Positions 12,591 to 26,265 of a DNA stretch of 64,000 nucleotides are shown in pieces. The translations under genes were made by a program, and so were the position numbers. How positions within the stretch are numbered: the first letter of the stretch is position 1; each line of letters begins with the position of its first letter. This stretch comes from Gracilinanus agilis (taxonomy: Eukaryota), in the NCBI RefSeq assembly GCF_016433145.1, contig NC_058131.1:506418698-506482697 (forward strand). Direction: 5' to 3'. Under the pieces are notes generated by a model. The model had not been told where the DNA came from and did no database searches. It saw only the letters and a list, made by a program, of their open reading frames with translations.

Positions 12591-14454
12591 CACCTCTTCA
12601 TCAGAATCTAAGAGAAGATGACAATCTCCTGACTTAAATGCATAAAATAAGAATCTATTCAACAAAGCAAAGCCTCTTCTCTATACTTCTCTCCCACTAA
12701 GAGAATGTCTGACTTTTTTCCCATTCAGTTTTGACCTTGTTGTCTACATTAACCTGCTTTCACCTAGATAAAATGTTGGGAGGGAAACACATCCCAAAAC
12801 ATATTTTGGGTTAGAGTCATGCCAGCCGTTGTCTCAGAAAGCCTCTTAAAGGTCATTTTCTGCTCAGCAGAAGCAAGGATTATAACCTCATACCTGAATG
12901 TCTATTCCAAAGGGCAAGCAGGGACCAAACTTAAATGAAGGAGACCCAGTGAACAAGAAGAGAAACTAGAATGTATAGTGGGAGTTGCAGAAAGGTTGAT
13001 TTGTAGATGTAAACCAAGGCACAAAAAAGAATGACAGGAGTCAGGTACAAAACCCTTTTATTGGATAAAGCAGCACACATGTGAAGCAGTAAGCCTATTG
13101 CTTGCCTGGATCTCTGAAGCAACTCAGAAAGGCCTCATATGTGGTTTTGTGGCAATGGGCTAACAATGGTGGAGGTGGGGATTGGAGGACTCAAACAAAG
13201 TATATAGGGGCTCAATCATTCAAACAAAATGGTGGTAGGCAGAGAACTGGAGGGGCCATTGGAGATTTCAAGTTGGGAAGTGGAGGCTCAGGGCAGGTCC
13301 TCATTTCTGCATGTTATCAGGAGGTTCTGGCTGACTAGCCCCTGAGTTGCTGGCAGCAGAGGACAGTATGTCAGGTCTGAGCTGAGGCTTTCTCTGTGTT
13401 CTGTTAAACCACTTTTGTTTCCCAGATTATTTCATCATTTCCTGGATAAAAAGGCAGCTCAACCAAATCAAGATAATTACAAATATTCTAAATAATTCCA
13501 ATTTCACAGGGGTCAATGTAAGGGAAAATTTCTTACATAAAAATGTCTGGAAATGGAAATGTACTTCCCTTAGAGGCAATGAGATTATTTAAGTGAACAT
13601 TCAATGATGGCTCATTTGAGATTCATGGATGGGATTCTGACTCAAGAATGGTTGAAAGAAATAAAATCCAAGATTTTATCTAGTCTGAAAGTGTGTGACA
13701 ATAGGAAAATATTCAGTCACAGAAGGTATCCAGGTGAACTGCTTGAATAATAGATGGACAACCCAAACATAGCACATTGAGTGGTTCCTTTATAAAATTC
13801 TCTATTGTTGGAGGGGGCAGATGGAATCATTGATCCATTAAAGAATTGGAGTTGAGTATCATTATCACAAAAAGGCAATATCATATAATGGATAAAGTGC
13901 TGACCTACTGGGTTCATACATTAGGTCTGCATCATAATCATTCACAGTTGTATCATCTCCACAATCAGATTTTATATCTCCTATGTCAGAGACTTACTCA
14001 TCTTTGTATATTTAGCAACTGGTATAAGACCTGGCAACTAACAATGACAATAACAAAAAGAAAAACTTCCATTCCTAAAGTACTTTAAGGAGGGTGGAGG
14101 TGGAAGGACCTGGGTTCAAATATGACTTCAGACACTCTCTAATTGTATGACCCTGGACAAGTCACTTAACTCCATTTGCTCAGCTCATGCCCCTTTGTTT
14201 TAGAGTTGCTACTAAGTCAGAAAGGGTTTTAAAGTATTTAGTTTCAGAGTTTAAAAAAATAAAGCATTTTAAGATTTGTCAAGCACTTTAAGGATAGTCT
14301 CATTTGATCACATATATAGTAGGAATTTTATAAATATTTAATGAATAGATGAATGAAAGAATGGATGAATGATCATGCAATCAGAGAACCCCAAAATTCT
14401 AAGAGATTTCAGGCATCATCCAGCCCAAAAATTACCTGAATGTTAAATTACAGA

Positions 14455-14632
14455 TACTTAGCCCTTTTGTGTGTCATAGACTCCTTTGGTAGTCCAGTGA
14501 ATTCATGAATCCTTTATCAGAATAATGTTTTTAATTGATAAAATAAAATGCATAGGATTACCAAGGAAATCAATTATGTTGATATAATTATCAAAATCTT
14601 CCTAGGGTCACGGATTCCAAGTAAAGAACCTC
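14455..14632 (+). mobile_element. hAT-Charlie-like MITE relic
   Basis: Shares ctcctttggtagtc..tcagaataatgttttt..aataaaatgcataggattacc..aattat with the copies at about 25022 and 41914. Confidence 0.7.
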
Positions 14633-15109
14633 TCTTCTATAACATTCCTGACAAGCAGTCATCTCAACTTTACTGAAAGTCCTCTAGTGACAGACAATTG
14701 AATACTTCTTAAAGAAGGGCATCTCTATCAAAATGACAGTGCTATAAAACTATCAAAAACCCTTTCAACTATTTAAATGCAAAGATGGCCAACTTCCTCC
14801 AATCAGGCCAGCAAATATCTCTAAAAAGATTATGCTCACCATTATAGAGAAAGATAAAGAGTAGAACATTTAAGATTAGGACCTCCTCCAAAATCCATGT
14901 AATTCCCATGGGAAAAAATAATCATTTACTCAAGTATCCTCTAATTAGGAATGGTGGTAACATGGAAAGCAAAAACTAAAGTGAAATTTCTTAGAACTCA
15001 AAAATAATACTATCCCCTGTTGTAAATACAAATGGAAAAAATACTAAGGTGAACAGTGCTCTGGTCAAAAAAAATTTTTAAGAGTACTTTGGTCATTTTC
15101 TTGGTATTA

Positions 15110-15358
<249 letters not shown>

Positions 15359-15843
15359 CTATTAATAAATCTTCTCATTACATATTCATTAGGGCAAATG
15401 TACTCATGGAGATCACAAGAGTCCAAATTTGCCTCCCTGCCAGTTGAATCCACTGCTCCTTATTCTTTAGGTGGTAAAAGAGTATAAATGTAATCCCTCC
15501 TTCATACGAAGACATATCCTCTTCCCTCAAAGGAGGATGCTGAAATAGCCAGAGAACCAAAGCTGAGACCACATTGAACAAGGAGAGTATGATCAAGTAT
15601 AAAGCTAAGTAGATCTGACTCTAAGTGGTATCGAAATTTCAGGTAGAGGAGGTAAGAGTGGATTTAAGTGATCATAAAAAGCTTCAGAGAGAAAAGGGGA
15701 ACTCTATAGAGCCCTAAAGATTGAATAGGGTTTAGATTAGTGTATTGAAGAGGATGGTTCAGTGGATAGAGCCCTGGGTCTGGAGTCAAGAAGACCTAAG
15801 TTGAAATCTGGCTTCTATAAGGATGATATTAGAAATTAAGTCT

Positions 15844-16590
15844 TGTTATATTAACTTAGAGGTAAAAGTAGAGAAGCTGGCTTGAGAAAAAATTGGAGTT
15901 TGAAACAGATCTGAGACAGAATGTCAGTTTCAAATGTTGACAGTGTAATGGTTTTTCTGTAGCAGTTACTCTCTCTGGGTGTGGCTGTTGCTCTGAGGGA
16001 GTAGCAGTTACACTCCCTCTCAGAGTGCTAGGAACAGGTGACATCTTCTCTCTCTCCTCACTGTCTGAGGTAAAAGGAAAGAAGGAAAAAACCTGAAGAA
16101 GCTAAGTGATTTCCTTTTCCAACTTGGGAAACACTAGTGACTGTATTGCTGTTTCATAGATTGTTTTATCTTTGAGAAGACCAAAGAAAGACCTGGTTTT
16201 TGGTTTGGACTCAGAGTATGTTAAGGCTCAGAGTCCTAACTTGGTTCTTGCTGAGGCTCAGCCAGCTAGCCTTTGTTATTTTTTTAACTTGGAGACAAAG
16301 TTAAGAATTATATACTTCTTATAAGGATAATAGTGTTAGTTATTGTAGAATAGGGAAAAATTGGATTAGTCAGATCAGGAAGGATCTGTGTAGCCTGTGG
16401 AAACAGGAGAAGCGGTTCCTTGCAGAACAAGGGAGTTTTATTTGAGTGGAGTTTGAATCCCTTAGAGTTAGAAATTCTTTTTTGTCTTTATATTCTCAAT
16501 AAATAGTTTATTTTTGTATGACAAGAGTCTCCTTAGTGTCCTTGCACCTAGCCCTGAAGAGAAGTTCACTTATGAGCTTCATTTCACTTA
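15844..16590 (+). mobile_element. Probable solo LTR (3' end approximate)
   Basis: Starts TGTTA, non-LINE/SINE composition, AATAAA at 16498-16503 near the 3' end. No clean TSD found. Confidence 0.6.
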
Positions 16591-19500
16591 TATAAACTGA
16601 GAATACTTTGTAAGCACAGCAAGCAGAGTATGTAATCAGTTTATATCCATAATCAATTCATGTAGTATATTACTTTTACATCTCAAACATTTAATAGCTC
16701 TGTGACCCTGGACATGTCATTGAACATCTGTTGGTTTTAATCCCCTGGGGAAAAAATGGCAAACCACTCTAGTATCTTTGCCAAGAAAATCCTATGGACA
16801 ATATTGGTGTGCTATGGTCCACAGGCACATAAAGAATCATACTCAACTGAACAAGGAAGAGGTTAGACATTCCAAGGAGATAATGGTCCAAGGAAGGTCA
16901 AAAAAGAATATAAAAAATGAAACAATCTTTACTGGCAAAGATGTTATATTCTATGACAGAAAGAATAAATATAAATCAATACAAATTGGATGAAATATGG
17001 AGGATATCATTAGTTGGAAGAGGAAAAGCAGAAGATGGTGCTTAGGATGCATCTTAAAGAGAAGTGTTCTATAAAGTAGAGGTGAGGAGGGATGATAATG
17101 GTACCAACCTGAAGGAGGGAGAAAGGAATGATATTTTTATGGCCCATTTTCATTGACTTTAACCCAGCATCCAGGGCATGGACTAATTCAGTTCAACAAA
17201 GATTTACTGCATCTGTCCTATGCAAAGACCTGGACTCAGAGATGGGAGAGCCATGAAGATGTTTAAGACAAAGTCATTGCCCTTAAGGAACACACAGTTT
17301 AACAGGATCCTAGATTTGGAGCGCTGGAAGTTAATATAACCCAACCTCCTCATTTTATAGACAAAGAAATTGAGACTCCAGGAATCTAAATTACTTGCCT
17401 CAAATTCACCCAGGTAATACCAAGTGCTTTGATTCTAGAGTTTATACTTTTTCCACTCTGCTACATTTCCATGAACAAACATACAAAGGGCAGGTTTTAA
17501 CCAAATTGTACACATTTCAATTCAGTGTAATTCAATAAACATTTTACAAAGTGCTAGATTCCAGATATTAATGTTCCCTCTAGTTGGGTGGATAGGGGTG
17601 GTGGCAAGGTGGGAACCAAGGAAGTGGGTAGGAAGGCGTGATGGAGAAGGTGCTTTAGTTGAGTCAGGCCTTGAAAGAACAGAAATGTTAGCAAATGATT
17701 CCAATAAGCCAAAATGAGAAAAGTCTGTCAGTCTATTCCAGGCATGAGGAATAATATAAACCAAGAAAGGGTGACAGAAGAGAGAAGGACAAGTACAGGA
17801 AACAGTGATGTGTCCAGTTTAGTTAGTTCACAAAGTCATCAAAGGAGAGTAGTATGAGATAAAGATGAAGAGGTAGGTTGGAATCAGAATTTGGAGGACC
17901 TTGAATGCCCGGAGTTTGGACCTTATTATCTTAGAATTAGACAATTTAAAAAAGCTTATTTTATTGTTTTTGCAGGAGAGTGTCATGGTAGTCATATTGC
18001 ATTAGAGGTATTAGTCTGTTAGCATGTGGATGAGAGCAAAGAATCAGGAGAGTCTGAGGAAGATGTTATACCTTGTGACTGTTATTCACTGGTGTCTGAC
18101 TCTTCATGATCTCATATAGAATTTTCTTGGCAAAGATCCTGAAGTGGCTTGCTATTTCCTTTTCTCCAATCTCTTCTAACCTAATGGGGTTATACTTACT
18201 AGGAGGCTGTTATAGTTGTTTCATATAGAGATTATTTGAATAATGAAAGTAGCAGGAAAAGTAAAATAGGAAAAGATGGAGCATAACTTTAGAACTGGAG
18301 AGATAGTTAGATACTATAGGATCATAGATCTAGAGCTAGAAGGAACTATCTAGTCCAATTCCCTCCTTTTACAAATGAGGAAACTGAGGCCCACAGAGCT
18401 TTAGTTGACTTAACTCCTCAAGATATTAAGTAAATTTTAATTGAGATCTTTTTCTCTAAATCTAGTACTCTTCCCACTGTGCTCCACCTGACTCTGAAAG
18501 GGAGATAAACCTCACTAGGGCTGCTCAGAAGGAAGAACAAGAGTCACTAACATCAATTGATTGATTTGTTCCTCTTGATTTCTAATCTGTCTTCTTCCAA
18601 AGACACGAGCCTCCCCCAGAGCCACTATCCAGGGTTGTCACAGGATGCAAGTAACCTTACCTCTGCCACGGGCACCATGATTCTTAGACAAGATCATTCC
18701 TTCTTTTAGCCAGTTCCTCAAGCCCCTGCCTGAGCCCAGGGGTGTGAACTCAATCAACAACCCAGGGAGCTAGCTTATTAATAATTGGAGGAAGGGAGGG
18801 GAAAGGTAGGTCTGATTGGAGTCAAGGAGTCATAGCACTTGTTCCCAGCATGAGAAAACAAGGCATTACATATTTAACCAGCACATTTGCAGGAACCCAC
18901 AGCAATGAGGAGATGGTGTCAGCATTGGGGAGAATGGAGAAGATTTTCTAATAATCTCTATAGCAGTGTTAGGATTTACAAAGAGCTTTCACATCCTGTT
19001 CCTTCATTTGTATTTATATGATTATAGGGCTCTAGATCCAGAGGTAGAAGGGAACTTCTGAGACCTGGTCCAGACAACAAATCCCTAAATTAGAGAGAAT
19101 AAGAAGACAGCAGCATTGAGTGGCATTATTGGAGAAAAGTTCATGGAAGAAATTGAAGGTCATAGAATATTGGGGCCAGATGGAATTTAGACCAATTTTT
19201 TAACCTGATATCTGTGAACCTTCAAAATTTTTTGGAAATATTATATTTCAATTTAAGTGGTTTCCTTTATAATCCTATATATTTTATTTTATTTGTGATC
19301 ATGATGCTCCCTTCTTTAATAGTTATAAAACCAGAATTGAATCATCACCACAATCCCATGGGTAGAAATATGTGTTGATATCACTATTTTACAGATAGAG
19401 AAATTACAGCTCAGACAGAGCTGAGATTCAAACCCAAGTGCCTTGAGACCAAGATCACTGTTGGTAATATGGCACATAATATGATAGTATGGCATCTGTG

Positions 19501-20044
19501 TGACCTCATCCAAGGCTCAGTTTTTTCATCTGTAAAATGAGGAAATTAGATTAAAAAGTCTCTATTCCTCCCACTATTACAGCATTAGCCAATGAATGTG
19601 TGGGGCCCGTTTTAGAGGTTCATTATTAAAATAGAGAGAGAGGTTCCCTGCCTTAGTCAAAGGAGACTCTTTTGGGGAAGATTTCAGGCTCCTTGACAGG
19701 CTAGAAAGGTCTCCAGACACAGGACAGTAGAGAAGCATATGGTCATAAGGTCAATCCTGCCCTGGGGACTAACATAAGCAATGGGAAGAAAGGATTATAG
19801 TTTAGGAGGGCAAGCCATAAGGGAATGGTGATAAATTTTAGTACATTAATGTAATGGGATACCATAATGCAATTAAGACTCACAGGGATGGCAAATATAA
19901 AGAAATATAGAAAGGCCTTTATGAAATAATGAAATGTGGAAAAAATAATTATTTGAATGGAATCCATGTGAACTGCTTTTATATAAAAGGAAAAGTGAAT
20001 GAGAATGTTTGGATAAAGAACTCATAAGAGGACTTTATATGTAT

Positions 20045-20096
20045 TATATATATGTGTGTGTGTGTGTGTATACACACACACACACACATATATATA
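20045..20096. repeat. Perfect 52-bp palindrome made of (TA)/(TG)/(CA) microsatellites
   Basis: tatatatat(gt)7g ta|ta c(ac)7 atatatata; the arms were checked base by base. Confidence 0.95.
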
Positions 20097-21889
20097 TATA
20101 TGTGAGTGACTTATAAAACGTTAAAACTGGAAGGTCCACCTTCATGAAGTATTGTCATGTGGAAAAGGGACTAAATTTGGGCTAGGAAATAAGCAAAGAG
20201 CAATGAGCAGGGAAGGATGTTTTTTCTTCATATAAAGAACTTTCCAATAATTAGAGCTGTTTGAAAATGGCTCCCTTTATATGCAATGAGCTTGCCATTG
20301 CTGGAGATCAGATGACCTCTTTGGAAAACATTATATATTCAATTCCTTGTTTGGGGAGGATTTGAATTAGGCAATCTTTAAGTCTTAGACTCTATGGTTC
20401 AAATATTCATGGAATTTAACTAATTAGTAATGTTGGATTGTGTCTATGGTTATCTATATTTTTTAATTGTGAGGAAAGGGTGTCTGAATTTGTGATTTAT
20501 TGGTATTGGGAATTCCAGCTGCATAAACTATGCCTACAAATATAGATTATCAGGGCCTCTGTAATTTACAGACTAGGATGGTTGCCTGTGAAATGGAGAG
20601 TATAAATGACTTGCTCATATATCAGAGGTAGGTGTTATCAGTCAATCAATCAATAAGCACTTATTAGATGTCTACCATGCACCAAGGACTATACTAGGTG
20701 CTGGTGACATGAAGACAAAATATAATACTCCGTGCCTTCAAGGAGTTTATATTCCATTGGGGGAAAGCTACACAGAGGCATCTAAGTGGTACAATGGGTA
20801 AGATGCTGGAGTCAGGAAGACTTATCTTCCCAAGTTCAAATCCAGCTTCAGATACTTTTTAGCAGCATGACCCTAAGTAAGACTTAACTCTGTTTGCCTT
20901 ACTTATAAAATGAGCTAGAGAAATGGCAAACCACTTCAGTATTTTTTCCAAGAAAACCCCAAATGAGGTGAAAACAACAAGAACACCACATTTACACATA
21001 TAAGCATATTAAAAATAATACTAGGTAATTTGGGGAGGAGATCAGAAAATATCTCATGTAGGTGATGAGATGATTCTTGAGATGAACTTTAAAGGGAACT
21101 AGGGGTCCTAAGACAAAGAGATGAAGGAAGGTGAGCTGCAAAAGGCATGGTGATGGAAAGCATGAGGAAAAGCAATATGGCTGTGTGAAAGGGAATAATA
21201 GGTAATAAGTCTGGAAAAGTACATTGGATCCAGGCTGAGAAGGGCTTTAATGTCAAGCAGAATACTTTGAGTTTGATCACAGAAATGATAGAGAGCCTTG
21301 GGAGTTAATTATCAGGAGAAAGACATAGTAAGATGCATATTAGGAATATCACTTTGGCAACTGTGTGGAAGAAGAGAATGGAGAAGGAAGACATTTGAAG
21401 AAGAGAGAACGATTAGAATGTTTTTGCAGTAGCCCAGGCAAGAGATAATGAGAATCCAGACTAGGGTAGTTAATAGTATGAGGGAGAAAAGGAACAAAAG
21501 TAAGAGATGTTGTTGAGGTAGAAACAGCAATAGTTGGCCATAGATTGGATGTGGGGGAAGAGGAAGAAGAGTAAAAGGTTGAAGATATAGAATTCAAATA
21601 CAAGTCTTCCTGACTCCATGGCCAGCATCACCTATCTTCTATGAGAATAATAATCATCATCATTTTTATCATCATAGTCGTTATTGTTTTTATATATAGT
21701 TCCATAAGGTTTTACAAAGTGCTTCCCTCATAAAAACTCTGCGGTAGATTGTAGAGTCCTTATTAGCTCTCATTTTGCAGATCTTTCAACCCATCAATAA
21801 ATACCAAACTTTTACAATGTGCCTGGAACTGTCCTACTCCTAGGAATATAAGGATCAATGTTAGAAAGCCTTTAATATCCAGACTAGTT

Positions 21890-23760
21890 ATTGTCCTATA
21901 TCTCTCCTCCCTTTCTCAGCCAAACTCCTTGAAAAGGCTATCAATATTTGTTTTCCTACTATCTCTTGTCCTACTCTTTTCTAAAACCACTGCAAACAGG
22001 TGTTTGAGCTCATAACTGAGCCTTAAACCTTTTCTCCCCAAAATTACAAATGGTTACTAGTTCTGCATCTCAAAGAGAGAAAAAAGTGAGGGGACTTATT
22101 TGTTCAAAGATATTTATTGTAGCTCTTTTTGTGGTGGCAAAGAATTGGAAATTGTGGGGTTATCTATTAATTGGGGGATGGTTGAACAAGTTGTAGTATA
22201 TGATGGTTATGAAATAACTATTGTGCTATAAGAAATAACAAGCAGGATGATTTCAGAAAAATCTGGAAAGACTTACATAAACTGGTGCAAAATGAAGCGA
22301 GCAGAGCCAGAAGAACATTGTACACAGAGACAGTAATATTTCTTGATGAAGAATTGTGAATGACCTAGTTATTTTCAACAATCCAGCGATCGAAGACAAC
22401 CCCAGAGACTCATGATAAAAAATGCCATCTGCCCTCTGAGAAAGAACTGTAGAGTCTGAATGAACACTGAAATATTCTGCATTCCATTTTCTTTCTTTTT
22501 CTTCCATTTTTTATTTGAGATTTCTTCCACAAAATGACTAATAAAGAAAAATATTTCTCTGATTACACATGTAAAATCTATATCAGATTGCTTACCATCT
22601 CAGGGAGGGGAGAGGGCAGGGGCAGAGGGAAGGAAGGTCAGTAGAAGAAAAAGAATTTGGAACTCTAAACTCTTTAAAAATGAATGTTAAAAATAATTTT
22701 TACATGTAACAGGGAAAAAAGTAAAACAGTATTTTTTTAATTACAAATGGTCCATTAACTCTTGCATCCAGTGGCCTTTTCTTAATCCTCTTCCTTCTTG
22801 AGTTTCTGCAACATTTGACACTGATGACCACTCCCTTCACCTAGATATTTTTCCCTTTCTGGATTTTCTTGACACTGCCTTTTCTTGGTTCTCCTATGTA
22901 TATGACCACTCTGCCTCTAGTTCCTTTGCTGGCTCATCATCTATGTCACATTTCCCAAATGTGAATGAACCTAAAGCATCTATCTTGAGTCCTTTTATTA
23001 TTATTCTCTCTTGCTTATCTCATCATCTCTCGTGAGCTTAATTATCCTCTCTATGCAGATGACACCAAAATCTCTCTCCCAAGTTCAGTTCCACATTCCC
23101 CATTGGATAGCCTGCAGGCATCTCATACTCAACATTTCCAAACAAAAATTCATTATCTTTTCCCCAAACTCATCACTGTTCAGAACTTCTCCATTTCTGT
23201 CAAGTGTACCATAGTCCTTCTAATCATCCAAGTTGGAACATCACCACCCCATTCTCACGTTCTCTCTCTCCTCACTTCACATAACCAGTTGACTGCAAAA
23301 TTTCGTTATTTCAATCTCTTCAATATCTCTTAGATGTCTTCTTTTCTCCAGATGCTACAATCATTCTAGTTTAGACACTTACAACCACTCACCTAAACTA
23401 CTGCAAAAAACAAATCAACCCACTAATTAATCTCAGTCTAGAGTCAATCCCCACTTCAAACCATCCTCTACCACACTGCCAGAGTGATTTCCCTAGGTCG
23501 CAGATTTATTTTATGTCTCTACTCAATAAATTCCAGAATATAAAATCCTCTGTTTGGCATTTAAAGCTCTTCACAACCTGGCCCCACCCTACCCTTTCTG
23601 CCTTATTACACATCACTCTCCACTATGCATTCTCTAGTCCAGCTGGTTCTTCCTCCCATATGACACTCCATCTCTCATCATTGCACAGGCTGTTCCCGTG
23701 CCTGAAATGTACTTTTCTTATTTGTACTTCTTGGAATCTCTGGTTTCCTTTATGATTCAG
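21890..23760 (+). mobile_element. L2 relic split by an L1 insertion
   Basis: L2 RT text (cttgagtttctgcaacatttgacactgatgaccac; tatgcagatgac) continues on both sides of the L1. Confidence 0.8.
22055..22738 (+). mobile_element. 5'-truncated L1 (ORF2 end + 3' UTR) with 13-bp TSD
   Basis: L1 text gctctttttgtggtggcaaagaattggaaa...; TSD aattacaaatggt at 22042-22054 and 22739-22751. Confidence 0.85.
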
Positions 23761-24410
23761 ATCATTCTACATGGCCCCCCTAGATCCTACTACCTCTCTC
23801 TCCCCCAGCAAAAAAGCTATCTATATCTTAAAGGTGATTTGTAGATTCTTATTTATGTTCATTGGGGTACCTAGGTGACACAGTGGATAGAGTGTCAGGG
23901 TTCAAATCTGGCCCCGGATACTTATCAGCTGTGTGACCCTGGGCTTAACTTAACACTTAACACTTAACCCTGTTTGCCTCAGTTCTTCATCTATAAAATG
24001 AATTGAAGAAGGAAATGGCAAACCATTCTAGTATCTCTGCCAAGAAAATCATCTTATCTATCCTGTGAGAATTTAATCTTCTTGAAAGCAGATGAGGTGA
24101 AGCTCAGAGAAATGATTTGATTCACCCATGGACATGCAACTAAGAAATATTGGAACCAAGACTTGAACTCATACCTTTGGATATCATATCTAGCCCTCTT
24201 TCTTCTATCTGTGGATATATGTACACACATACCACTAAGGGACTATTAACTTATCAGAATTCTTTTCCTTCAGTCATCCTATGGCTTTGCCTTTGGGTAG
24301 TTGCCTCTCTTCCAAGACTAACTCTGGACCTTGATGCCCTGCCCTGTATTCCAGGCAGTCTATCATCTACAAATCAATTAAGCCAAAACAACCTAATTGG
24401 CACAAGTGGG

Positions 24411-24503
24411 AGAGAAGGAGAGACAGAGAGAGACAGAGAGAGACAGAGAGAGACAGAGACAGAGACAGAGGCAGAGACAGAGGCAGAGACAGAGACAGAG
24501 AGA
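24411..24503. repeat. Purine-rich compound repeat (AGACAGAGAG)3 then (AGAGAC/AGAGGC)n
   Basis: Direct read; source of the spurious ORFs 24150-24533 and 24367-24597. Confidence 0.9.
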
Positions 24504-25021
24504 AGCAGGCTAGATAAACAAGGAAGGGGATAAGGCAGAGGGTGATAGACACAAGGGAAGGGATGCCTGAACAGCAGGTGGCCAAACTATCCAACAATTA
24601 GCAATTCTGTTTTGGTCAGGCAGCCATAATTTAATTTGCCATAATTTCATTTTACCTGGGTAGGGAATGGGGAGAGTTTGTAGATAAAGGATTTTGTTTA
24701 GCTCAAGATAGGCAAAGAATAAAGGATTCTTAGAGCGTATTGAGTCCAGAGAAGAAAAGGACTTAACAAAAACTCCTTTTGTGAATTATTGGAATAGGAT
24801 CCAGATTTCTTGACACCTAGGCCAGGGCTCTTCCCAATGTACTATGATTGCCTTTTTAATACTTATTGTGGGGATGAAATATCATTGATTTGGTAGGCAC
24901 ATGAGATTTTAGGCTCCTACCCTGGTCTCACCATTCTGTGCTGTCACATTCTAAGGCTCTGATGAGTTAGGTCTTTATTTCCTTTTCTGTCAAATGAGAT
25001 TTGAATTTGACAGTCTCAAAG

Positions 25022-25202
25022 CAGGAGTTCTTAAACTTTTTTAAGTCCTGTTCCCCTTTGGCCACCCCGTGAAGCCTATGAATCCCCTTTTCAAAATAAT
25101 TTTTTAATTCATAAAATATAAGATTATGAAATAAACCAATTATATTGAAATATAGTGATTTTAAATATTTTTTAAAGTTTTTAGGTTCTAGATTAAGAAA
25201 CT
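25022..25202 (+). mobile_element. hAT-Charlie-like MITE relic
   Basis: caggagttcttaaac...gttaagaaac-type ends; same internal text as the 14455 and 41914 copies. Confidence 0.75.
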
Positions 25203-26035
25203 ATGTTTTAAGGTCCCATCTAGTTTTGACATCCTATGATAATCTAACCTCAAGAATCTTTCTCCTGTAATCCCAATCACTACTATTTGGCATGTCTCTT
25301 TGTGTTCTCATCGACTTGGGGATTTTTTTTTTACACCATGTATTATTTTTATCATATTACTCCTGTATTCAAAAGCCTTCAGTAACTCCCCATTGCCTAC
25401 AGAACAACATATATATTCTTCAACCTAGAATTCAAAGCTCTCCACTTTGTGGCCTCAGTTTATCTTTCTAGCCATAATTCATTTTGCTGCCTTCCATGCA
25501 ACCTCTACTACAGTTTCTTAAAATCCTTTCCTTCAACTCCAATTCAGATACCAGCTCCTCCATTAAGGCTCTCCTAATCTCTTTGAAAATAAGTGAATGA
25601 AAGGGATAAACAAAGCAATACAAAGTTATTTCAAGAGGGTATGATTATTAACAGCTGGAGGAATCAAGGAAGCCCTTGGGGAGTAGGGACATTTGAACTA
25701 TTCTTTAAAGGAAGTGAGGGATTCTATAAGATAGGGGGAAAAAAAAAAGGAATACATTCCAGACTTCAAGAAAACTGTATGGCACCATAGAAGGAGGAAT
25801 GGATTTGAGATAAAAATCTATTCAAATCCCAGCTCTGCCACTATGTTGCAAGTTATTTTATTTCTTTGATGGTGTAAAGGGAGGTGGGGAGCAAGCGCTT
25901 ACTATGTAGCCAGGCATTGGAAATACAAATATAACCAAGCAAGACAAATCCTTGACCTCAAGAAGCTTACATTCCAGTGGAAGAACACAACTAATGAAGG
26001 AGAGCTAGAAGGGAAAAGGGGAAAAGACAGGGATT

Positions 26036-26265
26036 CAGGGGTGTGCTGGTAAATATTTAATGGCTATTTACCAAGGAAAAAAGTATGCAACACTCACTTT
26101 CAAGTTTAATTTTCTTTAACATTTTCTTTATAACTTTAAGTGTTAACAATCAGCAAATAGTAAATCAAGCCCAGTTTTGTAGCATTTGCCATTTCTGAGA
26201 TTTAAATGCACCTACTGTAAACTGGCTCTCCATGCTGGCTGGACCTAGTTCCATCACATACCTAG
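26036..26265. mobile_element. MER63-like hAT (Blackjack) relic
   Basis: Ends caggggtgtgctggtaaatattt ... gttccatcacatacct resemble the recalled MER63 termini. Confidence 0.55.

Noticed and set aside
24150-24597. 127-aa and 76-aa ORFs with ETETE/LSLSLS runs
   Set aside because: Produced by the GAGACA-type simple repeat.
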